Assembly: GCA_032718475.1 (NCBI GenBank)
Contig: JAUCBJ010008006.1
Coordinates: forward strand, 12,835-76,834
Direction of reading: 5' to 3'
From: Nemertoderma westbladi
Lineage: Eukaryota > Animalia > Xenacoelomorpha
DNA length: 64,000 nucleotides
Of the stretch, positions 13,108-24,198 are shown one piece after another. How positions within the stretch are numbered: position 1 is the stretch's first letter; every line of letters begins with the position of its first letter. The notes beneath the pieces were generated by a model. That model did no database searches. It saw nothing but the letters and a program-made list of their open reading frames with translations, and had not been told where the DNA came from. The position numbers were made by a program, and so were the translations under genes.

Positions 13108-15006
13108 TTGGCAGAGAAAAGAATCGCTCAATTACATCGACGCCTGACGGCTAATGCTTCAGCTAAAGAAATGTACCAAGCTCAATTGAAGAAATTTATA
13201 ACAAAGGGATACGCGGAGCGAGTACCGGAAGGAACACCAGTGACTGAGAGAACGTATTACTTAACACATCATTACGTTCCCAAACCCGGTAAACCCCACG
13301 AAGTACGAGTCGTATTCGATGGCTCCGCCCTATATATGGGCCAATCCCTCAATTCCGAGTTGTTACCAGGACCCAACTTACTCCAATCTTTGTTGGGAAT
13401 ACTTTTGAGATTAAGACAATATTCCATCGCGTTCGCCTCCGATATAGAAGGAATGTTCTTACAAGTCAAGGCGCTGGATAGAGATAGAGACAGTCTGAGA
13501 TTTCTGTGGTGGCCTGAAGGAGACCTCAACCAGAAACCGGTAGAGTACTGGATGACCATCCAGGCTTTTGGGATCATATCAAACCCTTCCAACGCCTGCT
13601 CCGTGGTGCGAACCACTGCGAATGACAACCGAGACGCCTTCTCAAAAGAGGTGATAGACAACATCAAACGGAATATATACATGGACGACAATTTAAGGTC
13701 CCTTCCATCAGTAGAAGAAGCCATAGATGTCGCAAAAGGAACGGTAGAGTGTTTGAAAAGAGGTGGATTTTGACTGACGAAATTCACCAGCAACTCCCGT
13801 GAGTTTCTGGAAGCGATACCGGTAGAAGACCGAGGAGCGAAAGACCTAGACTTAATAAAGGACAATCTTCCTGAAACCAAGACGCTTGGCTTGAAGTGGG
13901 ACACTGAAAGAGATATCCTGTTTTTTCAGTTAAAACAGCGAGATAATCCAGTTCGGACCAAAAGGATTTGTTTAAGTATCCTGAGCACTTATTTCGACCC
14001 ATTGGGATTTATAAGCCCAGTTATATTGATTGCTCGGAGTTTAGTACAACAAATGTGGCTTGAAAACCACTCATGGGACGATCCGCTTAAGGGAGAATTG
14101 TTAAAGAAATGGATGAAATGGGAAGATTCTCTACCTGCCATCGAGAACTTTATAATTTCCCGTGCATATTTTGGCCATGTTCTTCCTACGTATTCCTATC
14201 AACTCCATGTGTTTGGAGACGCCAGCGACATGGGAATAGGTATAGTAGCATATCTGCGAGTCGAAACCCCGGATGGAATCAAAGTCGCCTTGGTTACCTC
14301 GAAGGCATTGATTAACAACAAGTTAAAGGTTCCTCGAGCGGAGTTAAAGGCGGCTTTATACGCTACAGCCATCGGCCGGAATGTAACGGAACAAATCGAC
14401 TATCCACTGGAGAAAACGGTTTATTGGACCGACGCTTTACTCGTGTTGGAGTATCTAACCAATGAAGTCTGTCAGTTCAGCGTTTTTGTTACTAACAGGG
14501 TAGCTATTATTCTTAGTCGCACAAAGATAGATCAATGGAGACATTGCCCTGGTACGATTAATCCAGCCGATATCGCCTCCAGGGGAGCAACTCCACAGGA
14601 ACTGATCGATACTCCAGATTGGTTGGGTGGACCCGACTTCCTGAGCAAGGAAGAGGATGAATGGCCTCCTCACCTTACTACGGCGGAGATTAGACAAGCC
14701 AAGGGAGCGGAGACAGTCAAACCTAAAACCCGGGCGAGTAAATCGAAGTTATTTAAACCGACTATCGATCTATCTGTATTACATACTTCCGGGAATGATG
14801 CTTCGGATCCACAATCCCTCAACACAAATAAGTCTGTTGTGGAAATTAGAGATAGAGATTGGAAATCTGGAATACCAGACGTCTCGCAAGGAATCTCACC
14901 CATGCTGCAGAGAGCAATGCATCACTACAGTTCCTGGAATCGGCTCTGTAAAGCCGTATTTAAGACGATGTTTTCATCATCACTACTCCAGGACGAAGAC
15001 CACTAG
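13108..15006 (+). pseudogene. pol: BEL reverse transcriptase and RNase H, interrupted by an in-frame TGA at 13771-13773
   Basis: RVVFDGSA, LLPGPNL, SDIEGMFLQV, YMDD; FDPLG; RNase H LHVFGDAS, PRAELKAA, WTDA, NPADIASRG. Confidence 0.95.
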
Positions 15007-16558
15007 TGATACCGCTCCATTGACATCTGCACAAGTTCATGTTATTAAAAATTTACCCAAATATAAGACATCTGACCGTTTTCTAAAGGAGAAAATTAGT
15101 CACCAGGAGCATGAAGAAACCAATAAGCAGATACTGAGACTCCTGCAATGCTATGAGGATTCCGAAAAGTATTTCCTGTTGTTGAGAAATCCGCAGATGC
15201 GCTTAAGGGATCGATTCTCGAGCACAATGATAGATGGGTTAATACGTGTTGGAGGAAGACTCACCAATGCGCCCTTATCCTTTGACACTAAATTCCCCAT
15301 ACTCATTAGAAATCTTGAAGTACAAATCAAGATGATTGTAGATGTTCACAGTAAACTTTATCATGCTGGTAGAGAACGAGTTCTTAGCGAAATTCGAACT
15401 CGCTATTATTTTGATAAACCCCGTAGAGCTCTGAACCAAGTTCTTAGGAACTGCATACCCTGTAGGAAAGCATTCAGTAGGCCTTTAACACAGCGAGAGG
15501 CAGAATTACCTAGGGAACGAGTAAGCTTCTATGAACCACCTTTTACTAATACTGGTGTAGATTTATTTGGCCCTATTGAAGTATATCGTGCTAGGACTAT
15601 AGTCAAGAGATGGTGTGTCATCTTCGTGTGCATGACTTGTAGAGCCATCCATCTCGATATGGTGAACGATCTATCTACCAACAGCTTCGTCTTAAGTTTA
15701 CGACGACAGATTGCTCGCTTCGGGACGAGTAATACCATGAGATCGGATAAGGGAACGAACTTCATTGGTGCCAACAACGAAATACAGGCTTACGTGAAGG
15801 ACTGGAACCAAAGACAGGTGGACGACCAGCTAAGGATAACAGCGTCTAGCTGGACCTTCAACGCCGCCGACGCCCCTTGGTGGGGAGGAAGTTGGGAGAG
15901 ATTAATTCGAAGTGTCAAAACCGCATTTCACTTTATAGTGCCATGCCGCGCGTATCTCACCGACGAACTTTTGCGGACGTTAATGGAGGAAATAGCTGCC
16001 TATCTCAATGAGAGACCGCTTATGCCAGTCTCATCGAGTCCCGATTCCCTGGAAGCGCTAACACCCGCGCACTTCCTACTGAAGAAACCTGTAGCCATGC
16101 TCCCACGATCGGAGATTGCCGACGGAGACGAATACTGCCGTCGAACTTGGCAACTTATGCAGTTGCTATCCCGTCGTTTCGCTGACCATTTCGAGAAACA
16201 TTATCTGCCCACGCTACAACTTCGAACTAAGTGGTTTGCGCAGCAAGAAAACGTCAGCGCCGGAGATATGGTGCTTATTGTAGATCAAGACCTCCCACGT
16301 AAACGGTGGCAGACAGGTCGTATCATCGAGACTCACATCTCGGATGATGGTTTAGTGCGCTCAGTAGAACTTGTCGTCATGCGGCGTAACTTCAAGAAGC
16401 CAGGCATAATCTTTGAGACGCAACAACTCAATCGCCCAGTTGGTCGTTTATGTTTACTGGAAAGAGACAGAGAACTCTCTGGAAACTATGGAAGGCAAGA
16501 CACTCTTCCCACGACCACCTCCCTAATTCCTCAAACATCTAGGGACTCCCCAACGTGA
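14657..16558 (+). pseudogene. int: BEL integrase (homologous frame starts near 14955 after a frameshift)
   Basis: GLIRVGGRL; HHCC (HSKLYHAG...CIPC); GVDLFGP; SDKGTNF; APWWGGSWERLIRSVK; LNERPL; LTPAHFL. Confidence 0.95.
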
Positions 16559-18182
16559 TACGTCTGGATTGGGTGTATGACTATATTGTTTTATCTATTT
16601 TATTATATTTTTATATGCGAACTTTATTATGTACTTTATTATAATCGTTTTTATTCAATTTTATTTAGTAGAATGTTATTTTAGTGATTATTTAGTAGAT
16701 TAGTGCAATATATTAGTGTTTATTACGTACGTAATTACTTATAATATATATTTAGTGCGACGGCGAGAAATAATTTTTTCTCTTTCCTTACTGTCCGTAT
16801 CATATTATAAATACGTGACTACAGTAAGATGAAATGTCCGTACTTATTAAAGTACAATAAAGCCACTACTATATTCAAGTATTATTGGTAGGCAGAGTAT
16901 CAGGAATGCAAAGTTCAGATCCTCGTGTCTCGGCTAAACCAAGCTCTGGGTAGACCTTGGAAACGACTTGCCTCTTCACACTGACATTGCTTCGTGCGAT
17001 ATTGCTCTTCTACCTTATATTAAATAATACATATAGTAGCGTGATGTCCATATAACAGTAGCGTAAAACGCAAATAAATCTGTTAAACCTTTTGACCATC
17101 TGTAATTCTAGTCGATTAAGATATCGCGGCACCCACCGATATACTTGAAAGACAAATTCTAGAATCAGTGGTTAACGTCCCCAGACAAGCTCTGGAATAA
17201 ATCGGTGCCCATCTTAAATATTAATTTAATATTTAGTAAAATCTGTAAAATTCAGATCCTTTAAATTTCTAGTCAATTAAGATATCGCAGCACTTACCGA
17301 TACTCTTAAAGGACAATTGTCATAGAATTAAGGATCCTATGCCCCCAGACCTGCTCTGGAATCAAATTGTGTCAATTTTAACATCAAATAATAAAATTCA
17401 CGGAAATAAATTTAAATTCATATTTTAAATGAATTTCATAAATTGTCATTTTGTGCAATTTATAACATTCCCAAAATTCCATTAATTAATAGATCATGGG
17501 ACCGGAGATTCATCCTATTGAGTGTATTAGAGTGCGAGAATCTCCAACATATAGTCAATAACCGATAAAATTAATAAAATCATACATAAAGAGGATATTG
17601 ACAATTAAAGAATTATTATTAAATAGCATTCCAGATCTGGATGCATGAGAATTACCCTAATTCTACCGCTAGCATTCCATAATGTCACCATAGCAACACC
17701 CACGCTAGAATTAGAAGCAAGTTAAGAGAACAATAGAAAGCTTGTCCCATTGCATAGCATAGAGAATACATAGCACACTGTTAGTATCCAAGGATACACA
17801 GTAATAACGTGACATTCTGGAAGGCACTGACTAACGGACAAATGGCCTGTATGTGTACAATTGGTGACAGTTGTGTGGAATTTATGCGTTTATAGGTGAA
17901 TGTTACTGCTAAAGTATGTTTACAGTAGCTAGTCGCAATCGTAAAAGTAGCCCAACTCTCCTATAGAAAGAACCTAAGTGGATCCAAGCCTTTGGGACGG
18001 ACAGTGGAGTGACTTGTGCCGGTTATCGTTGTCGTGCTGTTGCTACATGTTGGCGTAAACACCGCGACGACGGTACATCGGCGCTGAGAATCCCACTGTC
18101 CGGGGGCAAAGAGAAGTAGGCAGCGACGCCCGCTCGCCTAAATATAAACTTATTTTGATATTAATAAACTCAGATAGCAGAT

Positions 18183-21100
18183 ATGACGGAGTTGATAGAA
18201 GATGATCTTGGTATTAGGGAGCGATATACCCTACCTTTACAAGCATTTGTGGATAGCTTAATACGCGGTGAAGCCGATCCAACCATTACGGAGGACGATG
18301 GTCGTTATATCGAACCGCCGATGTCCCAAGAGCAACTTGCGCATGAATTGGACTATCGAAAATTCACCACTCGCTATACGAATCGTAATGGTACGTATAT
18401 GGACTTCTTAACTACCGGCCATCCTATCGATTTGCATGATACGGACGGTGTAGATACAGAGAGGGAAATGGTTCTATTTAAATATCATACCCAGCGGAGT
18501 CGTAACGATAAACCGAGAATAGATCACGAAAATTCTATTCGTAATAGACTGGAAAGAGAAAACGTTGAAGAACCGGATAAACGCATCGACTTCAACGAAT
18601 ACCTAGAATTTTTGAGAGAAACCTATCTCAACATCGCCAGTCAGCAGAACCTAGAGACTCGATATCCTCAAGGTATACATCATGACCCTGTGGTAGAACT
18701 CAAACGGCTCTATTTCACTATGATGTATCTTACCGCCGATCGTCCACTACCTGTTATCCCGGATAGTTTTGAACAAATGGAAGAATACTGCAAAACTGGA
18801 GAACGATCACCCGCGTTTCCTCTACAGGACGTACGTCTTTGGTATTATTGTGACGAATGCCCTAGACCCAACCAACAAACTGAAAGACATAAACATCCGC
18901 GGAGACGTTGCGCTAAACACAGCTTTACGCGTTACACTTACGGGAGTTTCGAGCGAAACCTGTTCGACGTACCACCTACGATCGCTCGTCTTAAACGATC
19001 ATTGAATAAACCCATGATCAGAGTTCCGGAATACTCGGTCAGGCCTCCTCATTCCCTAGTGAGACCTCAAACTCTTGATCCTAACAGTATCACTGATCCT
19101 CCCGAACTATATTCCCTGTTCAAAGACTTAGTGTTACCCGAACAATTAATCGGTGGTGCTCCGGTAGTGGGTTCGTTAGACATTCGCCCATCCTACTTAG
19201 CCGGATTGGGACGCGGGCAGCTAATATCGCCCTTTGATCCTTACAATCGTCCAGGATTAAACCCGATGCAACCTGCCACGGAAGTCGAGGAGAGCGTTAT
19301 AAGAAACGCTTTAGACGCCATTCGACAGAAAATCGGAAAGGGAACACAAGATTGTTTAGAGAAACGTAAATTACAACAACAAGTCCAATCGGTGAAGGAG
19401 TTAGCCTTGCCACAGTTCGATAGAGAAATCCAAAACCTCGAGGAAGACATCGAGCTTGGACACACGTATTCTCTACAAGAATTTTTAGATGAACGCTTAC
19501 AGAGACAAGCGGAAGAAAATCTACTCGAGGAGAAACACACGAAACTGGAAGAGAGAGAAGAAGCCGCTTTAGCCCAACCTGAAGCTCAAATCCTCATGAC
19601 GGACCTCTACTCTAAAACCGTTCGTCATCCCTCGATGATTCCACATTTCGGAGACAAGCTCTTTGCGACGATACAACCTCAACCGGTTGATATCAGTACA
19701 GGATCGCAAAATCTTATCGCTGACGCCCCTATGTTACAGCGTCCGCCGATCGAGGCCGCTCGTGTTGACGGTATACTCGTTGAACCTCCGGACAATCGAG
19801 CGGATCTTGTCCGTCGTATGGTACACGATGTCAACATACGCGCTAGACCTTTACAGAACTCGTTTTATGGCATTAAAGACCACCCTTATTACGTTAATCT
19901 GACTCAATATTATATGGTAAAACCAGAAGACCCGACACATAATTTAAAGTTTCTACCACTAATAAATCCTCTAGACATTGTCGAACTCGAACAATTGCAG
20001 AAACATCTGGATCAGTTAGTAAAGGTAAACTCATTTAGAAAACCATATAACATTTCTCGAATCGAGAAAGATATAGAACCTCCTTATAATCTCGATGGAT
20101 TTATTAAAACTCGATTAGTCCATTGGAATCTAGATGTATTATTTGAAGAAGAGAAAATACAAAGATATGGAAATGTGGAGACGTATACCACTCGGCACAT
20201 GAAGTATAGTGATCTCCCTGACGCTAACCAATGCGCCACCTTGTGGCATCCAGTAGGGATGACCCTAGAGAACGCCACCAAGGAGTGGAATGAAACTCTT
20301 AATGTTATTGAGATGTATGGAGTTGTCACCTACGATAATGAAGGTAGCGTTCCGGTCGGAGAACTAGGAACTACGCGCATGATCCACATACGCGGATTAG
20401 CTGGTTCTACCCACGTGTTTACTCGAGCGTGTTCCGACGTGATTGATTATTCTTTTGAAACTCTCACCGAAACACAAAAGAATCTCCGACATGGACAATT
20501 CGAACTCGCGCAGCGTTACGTCATTGACACCGAACGCAAACCGGCCATGGGCATCGATGGATCGATGTTACCCCAGCCCGTACTCGAGATGTTGTTCAAC
20601 GAAAGAATCCTTAAAATCGGCTCAGCTGTTTATGGAGATCTCCAAAACAACTTTCGGAATATGGAGAACATTCCATACCCTTTCGTTGATACTCAGCTGA
20701 TTGCTCCCTGGGCAGAAGGTCGAGGTTTCTTCCGCACCATGTATGCTAATACGTCTAGCAACATCACAAAGGTGCAACGAACTTCCATCGGACATCTTGC
20801 CTTTCAGGAATACGGATGGAATTTCAAAGTCGGAAATCCCATTAACTATCAACAAGTATACGGAGACCATTATTCTCGATTATACTTTGATGGACCATTG
20901 ACCGCACCTGGCGCCGTGTATAGCTTCATGAGTGTTCCACTCCGTCCCTCCTTAGCTATATACACGATCTTTGAAAACACCGCACTTGCCGGTTGGCTAG
21001 CCGATGTGTGCAGTCGTACTATACGCGCCCATCCATTAATACTTGGGACCAAACTCGCTAAGCTAGATGAACATAATAAATTCATCCGCTTCGAATGTTT

Positions 21101-22070
21101 CCGACGATTTTTAACCCCGTTCCGCAACGTGGATAGCCAATTTAAAGACCGCGCTTTGACCAAGCTCAGCCTAAGAAACTCAGCTGCAGAGAAGTTGGAT
21201 AGCGCTGGATTCGCCATTTTCCAAGAGATTTGTATATCGAACTTGCACTCCTCTGTTATACAAAGACCTCGAATCCCCACAGGTTATTCTGTCGTGGAAA
21301 TTCAGACAATAGGTCCACCTGAAGAGACAGACACGCCCACCTCGGCTATGCACTTGGAAGACGAACCAATATGTCTAGAATCTGAGGAGATTCAGCCTAT
21401 CGCGCCCCGGAACAGCGACAACGATTACATCATAGAATGGTATCAAGGTCCACAGTGTCTCACTGCGTACGATTATCGCCATGCCAACTATGTTTCTAGA
21501 CAACGTTGTCGGTTATGCGCATCGAGAGACCATGATACGCCCATGGACACCAACGTCCGCTGTTCCTATTTCCAAGAACAACCGACTATGGAAATTTATT
21601 GCGCATATTGCAGACTCAATAACTTGCATATTTTTGCGGTTTGCCCTCAATTTATGACTCAATGTCACCATTGTCAACTAAAGGGACACGCCAGTTTCGA
21701 TTGCCCTTTTAATCGCGATTTGGAAAGCGTAGATGAAATGATCACACTACGTTACATCAGAGCTTGGGAAGCGAACGCTGATTTACATTGTGATTCGCGC
21801 CATCGCTATTATCCTGGACGCGCTTACGAAGGAGTTTATGCGTTCCATCCTTATCTATTCGCTTCTGTCGAACAGAAATCACGCATATCGAGTTACGAAC
21901 TACTGAAGCGCGTCGGAGAATGTATTTCAACCAAGTTCGTACGTAAATTTCTCAGGAGTGTTAATCCTAGCGACCTTCATTCCTATAACTTAATCAATTA
22001 CATCCGTCAGGATCCGGACTATGGAGACTTATTTGTTAACTCACACCCCGAGTTACAGGAAGTATATTGA
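18183..22070 (+). CDS. Retroelement ORF3 (1295 aa): DEDDy-type (WRN/EXD/Mut-7-like) 3'-5' exonuclease domain, C-terminal CCHC zinc knuckles, N-terminal Cys/His motif and coiled coil
   Basis: ExoI VVTYDNEG (D718, E720); ExoII LPQPVLEMLFNERILKIGSAVYGD (D819); FVDTQLIA; SIGHLA..YGWNFK; ExoIII PLRPSLAIYTIFE (Y927, E931); knuckles CAYCRLNNLHIFAVC and CHHCQLKGHASFDC; no signal peptide or transmembrane segment apparent. Confidence 0.8.
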   Translation: MTELIEDDLGIRERYTLPLQAFVDSLIRGEADPTITEDDGRYIEPPMSQEQLAHELDYRKFTTRYTNRNGTYMDFLTTGHPIDLHDTDGVDTEREMVLFKYHTQRSRNDKPRIDHENSIRNRLERENVEEPDKRIDFNEYLEFLRETYLNIASQQNLETRYPQGIHHDPVVELKRLYFTMMYLTADRPLPVIPDSFEQMEEYCKTGERSPAFPLQDVRLWYYCDECPRPNQQTERHKHPRRRCAKHSFTRYTYGSFERNLFDVPPTIARLKRSLNKPMIRVPEYSVRPPHSLVRPQTLDPNSITDPPELYSLFKDLVLPEQLIGGAPVVGSLDIRPSYLAGLGRGQLISPFDPYNRPGLNPMQPATEVEESVIRNALDAIRQKIGKGTQDCLEKRKLQQQVQSVKELALPQFDREIQNLEEDIELGHTYSLQEFLDERLQRQAEENLLEEKHTKLEEREEAALAQPEAQILMTDLYSKTVRHPSMIPHFGDKLFATIQPQPVDISTGSQNLIADAPMLQRPPIEAARVDGILVEPPDNRADLVRRMVHDVNIRARPLQNSFYGIKDHPYYVNLTQYYMVKPEDPTHNLKFLPLINPLDIVELEQLQKHLDQLVKVNSFRKPYNISRIEKDIEPPYNLDGFIKTRLVHWNLDVLFEEEKIQRYGNVETYTTRHMKYSDLPDANQCATLWHPVGMTLENATKEWNETLNVIEMYGVVTYDNEGSVPVGELGTTRMIHIRGLAGSTHVFTRACSDVIDYSFETLTETQKNLRHGQFELAQRYVIDTERKPAMGIDGSMLPQPVLEMLFNERILKIGSAVYGDLQNNFRNMENIPYPFVDTQLIAPWAEGRGFFRTMYANTSSNITKVQRTSIGHLAFQEYGWNFKVGNPINYQQVYGDHYSRLYFDGPLTAPGAVYSFMSVPLRPSLAIYTIFENTALAGWLADVCSRTIRAHPLILGTKLAKLDEHNKFIRFECFRRFLTPFRNVDSQFKDRALTKLSLRNSAAEKLDSAGFAIFQEICISNLHSSVIQRPRIPTGYSVVEIQTIGPPEETDTPTSAMHLEDEPICLESEEIQPIAPRNSDNDYIIEWYQGPQCLTAYDYRHANYVSRQRCRLCASRDHDTPMDTNVRCSYFQEQPTMEIYCAYCRLNNLHIFAVCPQFMTQCHHCQLKGHASFDCPFNRDLESVDEMITLRYIRAWEANADLHCDSRHRYYPGRAYEGVYAFHPYLFASVEQKSRISSYELLKRVGECISTKFVRKFLRSVNPSDLHSYNLINYIRQDPDYGDLFVNSHPELQEVY

Positions 22071-22505
22071 CGGCCTTACGAATACTGAGCCCGCGAACGC
22101 GAGTTGGAAAGAACCATTAAACCCCGGAGGTTTCTAACTGCCTATGGTCCACCCACGGCTCTCGTTCAGACCACTCGTAAAGGACCCGTAAGAGCGGCTG
22201 TCTTAAAACGAGCTCTCAAAGCCGTTAGACCTCTCTCCCCCGACGTTGATGTCAATCAACCAGGTACTTCGACTGGCGGATACACCGACCATAATCCTAC
22301 ACCCTCTGATGCAATCATATTGCACCCTTCACCCAGGAGTTATAGCCCTCCTTGTAAAGTGGCTCGCCCCAAAGAGAAAAAGACTCTGGCTAGCTTTAAA
22401 AAACTGCGTAAACGCCGTCCGCGCAAGAAAGACTAACTGTTTAGAGTATTTACATATATTAGAAACTGTGATTTTTGTATATTTATAAACTTGAATCCCA
22501 TTTTC

Positions 22506-22514
22506 TGGGAGCGG
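22506..22514 (+). promoter_or_regulatory. Polypurine tract
   Basis: TGGGAGCGG immediately before the TGT of the 3' LTR, resembling the short G-rich PPTs of BEL elements. Confidence 0.8.
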
Positions 22515-23681
22515 TGTAAAAGCTTTTGCGGATATACTCAGTCCCCCTCGCCCGCAAGGTACCGTTATAGGTGTTTTAACGGACATAAAAGTCATTCTTC
22601 GATATGTGTGCTTTGGTGGACATGGTAAGGCAAAAAACCCGCAATACGTAAAATACCCTGGCACAGCTTAGCCTTGATGATTCAGATTACGACATCTAAC
22701 AGCTGGTTGCTGACATGGAAACGGCCATTGGACACATGGTTCTTTGTTTAGCTTAACAGCCAATCAGAGCGATTTTTTCTGTCGATGTGGAGCTTTTTGG
22801 CAGATCATGCTAAGAGTGTTCAGTCTTACTGCTTTTTCTTGATACTGTTGTGTTGTTTCTATCTAGGCCAGGAACACCGGCTCTAGAGTCAACTCGTTTT
22901 CATACTTTAAAAGAAACATTAGTAGGCTTAAATTATAGAGCGTATAACTGTTATCTTATCTCAATTCATTCTTACATTATCGGTTCAACATACATTATTA
23001 TACTGCTGTTTACTGTTGTGTTTTGGTTGAATATTATTTGGAGAACATATATAAAGAACCCAAATTTCCCAATTTTCTTGATACACTACAGGTTAGAGAG
23101 ACGGGTTATATATAGTGATTGCGACTTATATTATTGTGGTTTGTAGTGAATTTAATGCTATTTGATAAGCACTACATGAGTCCGTTGCTGTTCTCTTTAT
23201 ATATGATAAAATTCATTGACGGTCGGCAAATTAGTGAGCAGTATTGTGTGTTACCGGTAGTGTGCATGATTGTGACTGATAACTAAGCATTTCCTAAAGA
23301 ATGCGCCTCATACGTGAATCATAAGCCTTACCGACTTACCGTTGTGATTAGTATAAGTCATATCTCTGTTTACCTAGATAGAGCGCCACGTCCTAAAGGA
23401 ACTGTTAATATTTCCCGAAAGTGAATAATATTAGTCAGAAATTATTTATTAACGATCAATCGAATAATACAGTAAGCTTACACTGCAATAATAATCTAAG
23501 CCCTCAGAATCCAGTCTCCCGGGTATATCCAGCGGGTGAATGGACGCGCACTAGGCTGGCTTCTGCTAATGTTGTGTTTATTGGTATTAAATATTTGTCA
23601 ACTTCTAAAGTCTATTGATAAACCAAAAGACATATAAATTTTGGCAGGTTAAACTGCTAAAGGTCTTCAAAAGCGCGTACA
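22515..23681 (+). repeat. 3' LTR (1167 bp)
   Basis: Near-identical to 5385-6551; followed by the TSD GAATG. Confidence 0.97.
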
Positions 23682-24198
23682 GAATGTTTATGGGGTTGTG
23701 GGAGTAGGAAAGGCGATTTTAAGAATATAATTACGTATTATATGAAAAACAAATGGCAAGAGGTCCGTCGGTAAAAAACTGTTATGTTGTTGGCCGGATA
23801 AACAGCATATTTTTATAATAATATTTAATTATTTATATTGCATCTTTCTGAGTTTTTAGTTTCCAAGAAGAGCAACTGACATTTGTCTAATCATTTAACC
23901 ATTTTTATTACCACCTTAAAAAAACCGCTGTCACAAAAAATTTACACGTTATACCGTAACCTATTGTGACTTTTAAACTAAATCAATACAAGTAAGTTTT
24001 ACTTAAAATCAACACAACACATCCAATTTTATTATCTTGTGAAGAATTATAATGATTGAAAACTTTAACAAAATCCAACGATTATGTATTGTAAAACAGC
24101 ACAATATTTTTTAAAATAAATAAATATAAATAAACAGACCTATAAACATGTACTAAAATATTAAATAAATAAATGGATCACGGCTCCAGTTTGGGTGC

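Larger units (their letters stand above)
5385..23681 (+). mobile_element. Full-length 18.3-kb BEL/Pao (Belpaoviridae) LTR retrotransposon with an extra ORF3
   Basis: Two TGT...ACA LTRs; 5-bp TSD GAATG (5380-5384 and 23682-23686); BEL-type domain order gag (triple CCHC)-PR-RT-RH-IN; PPT before the 3' LTR. Confidence 0.97.

Noticed and set aside
18183-22070. ORF3 as an envelope glycoprotein
   Set aside because: No signal peptide, transmembrane anchor or fusion-protein pattern is evident; exonuclease and knuckle motifs are present instead
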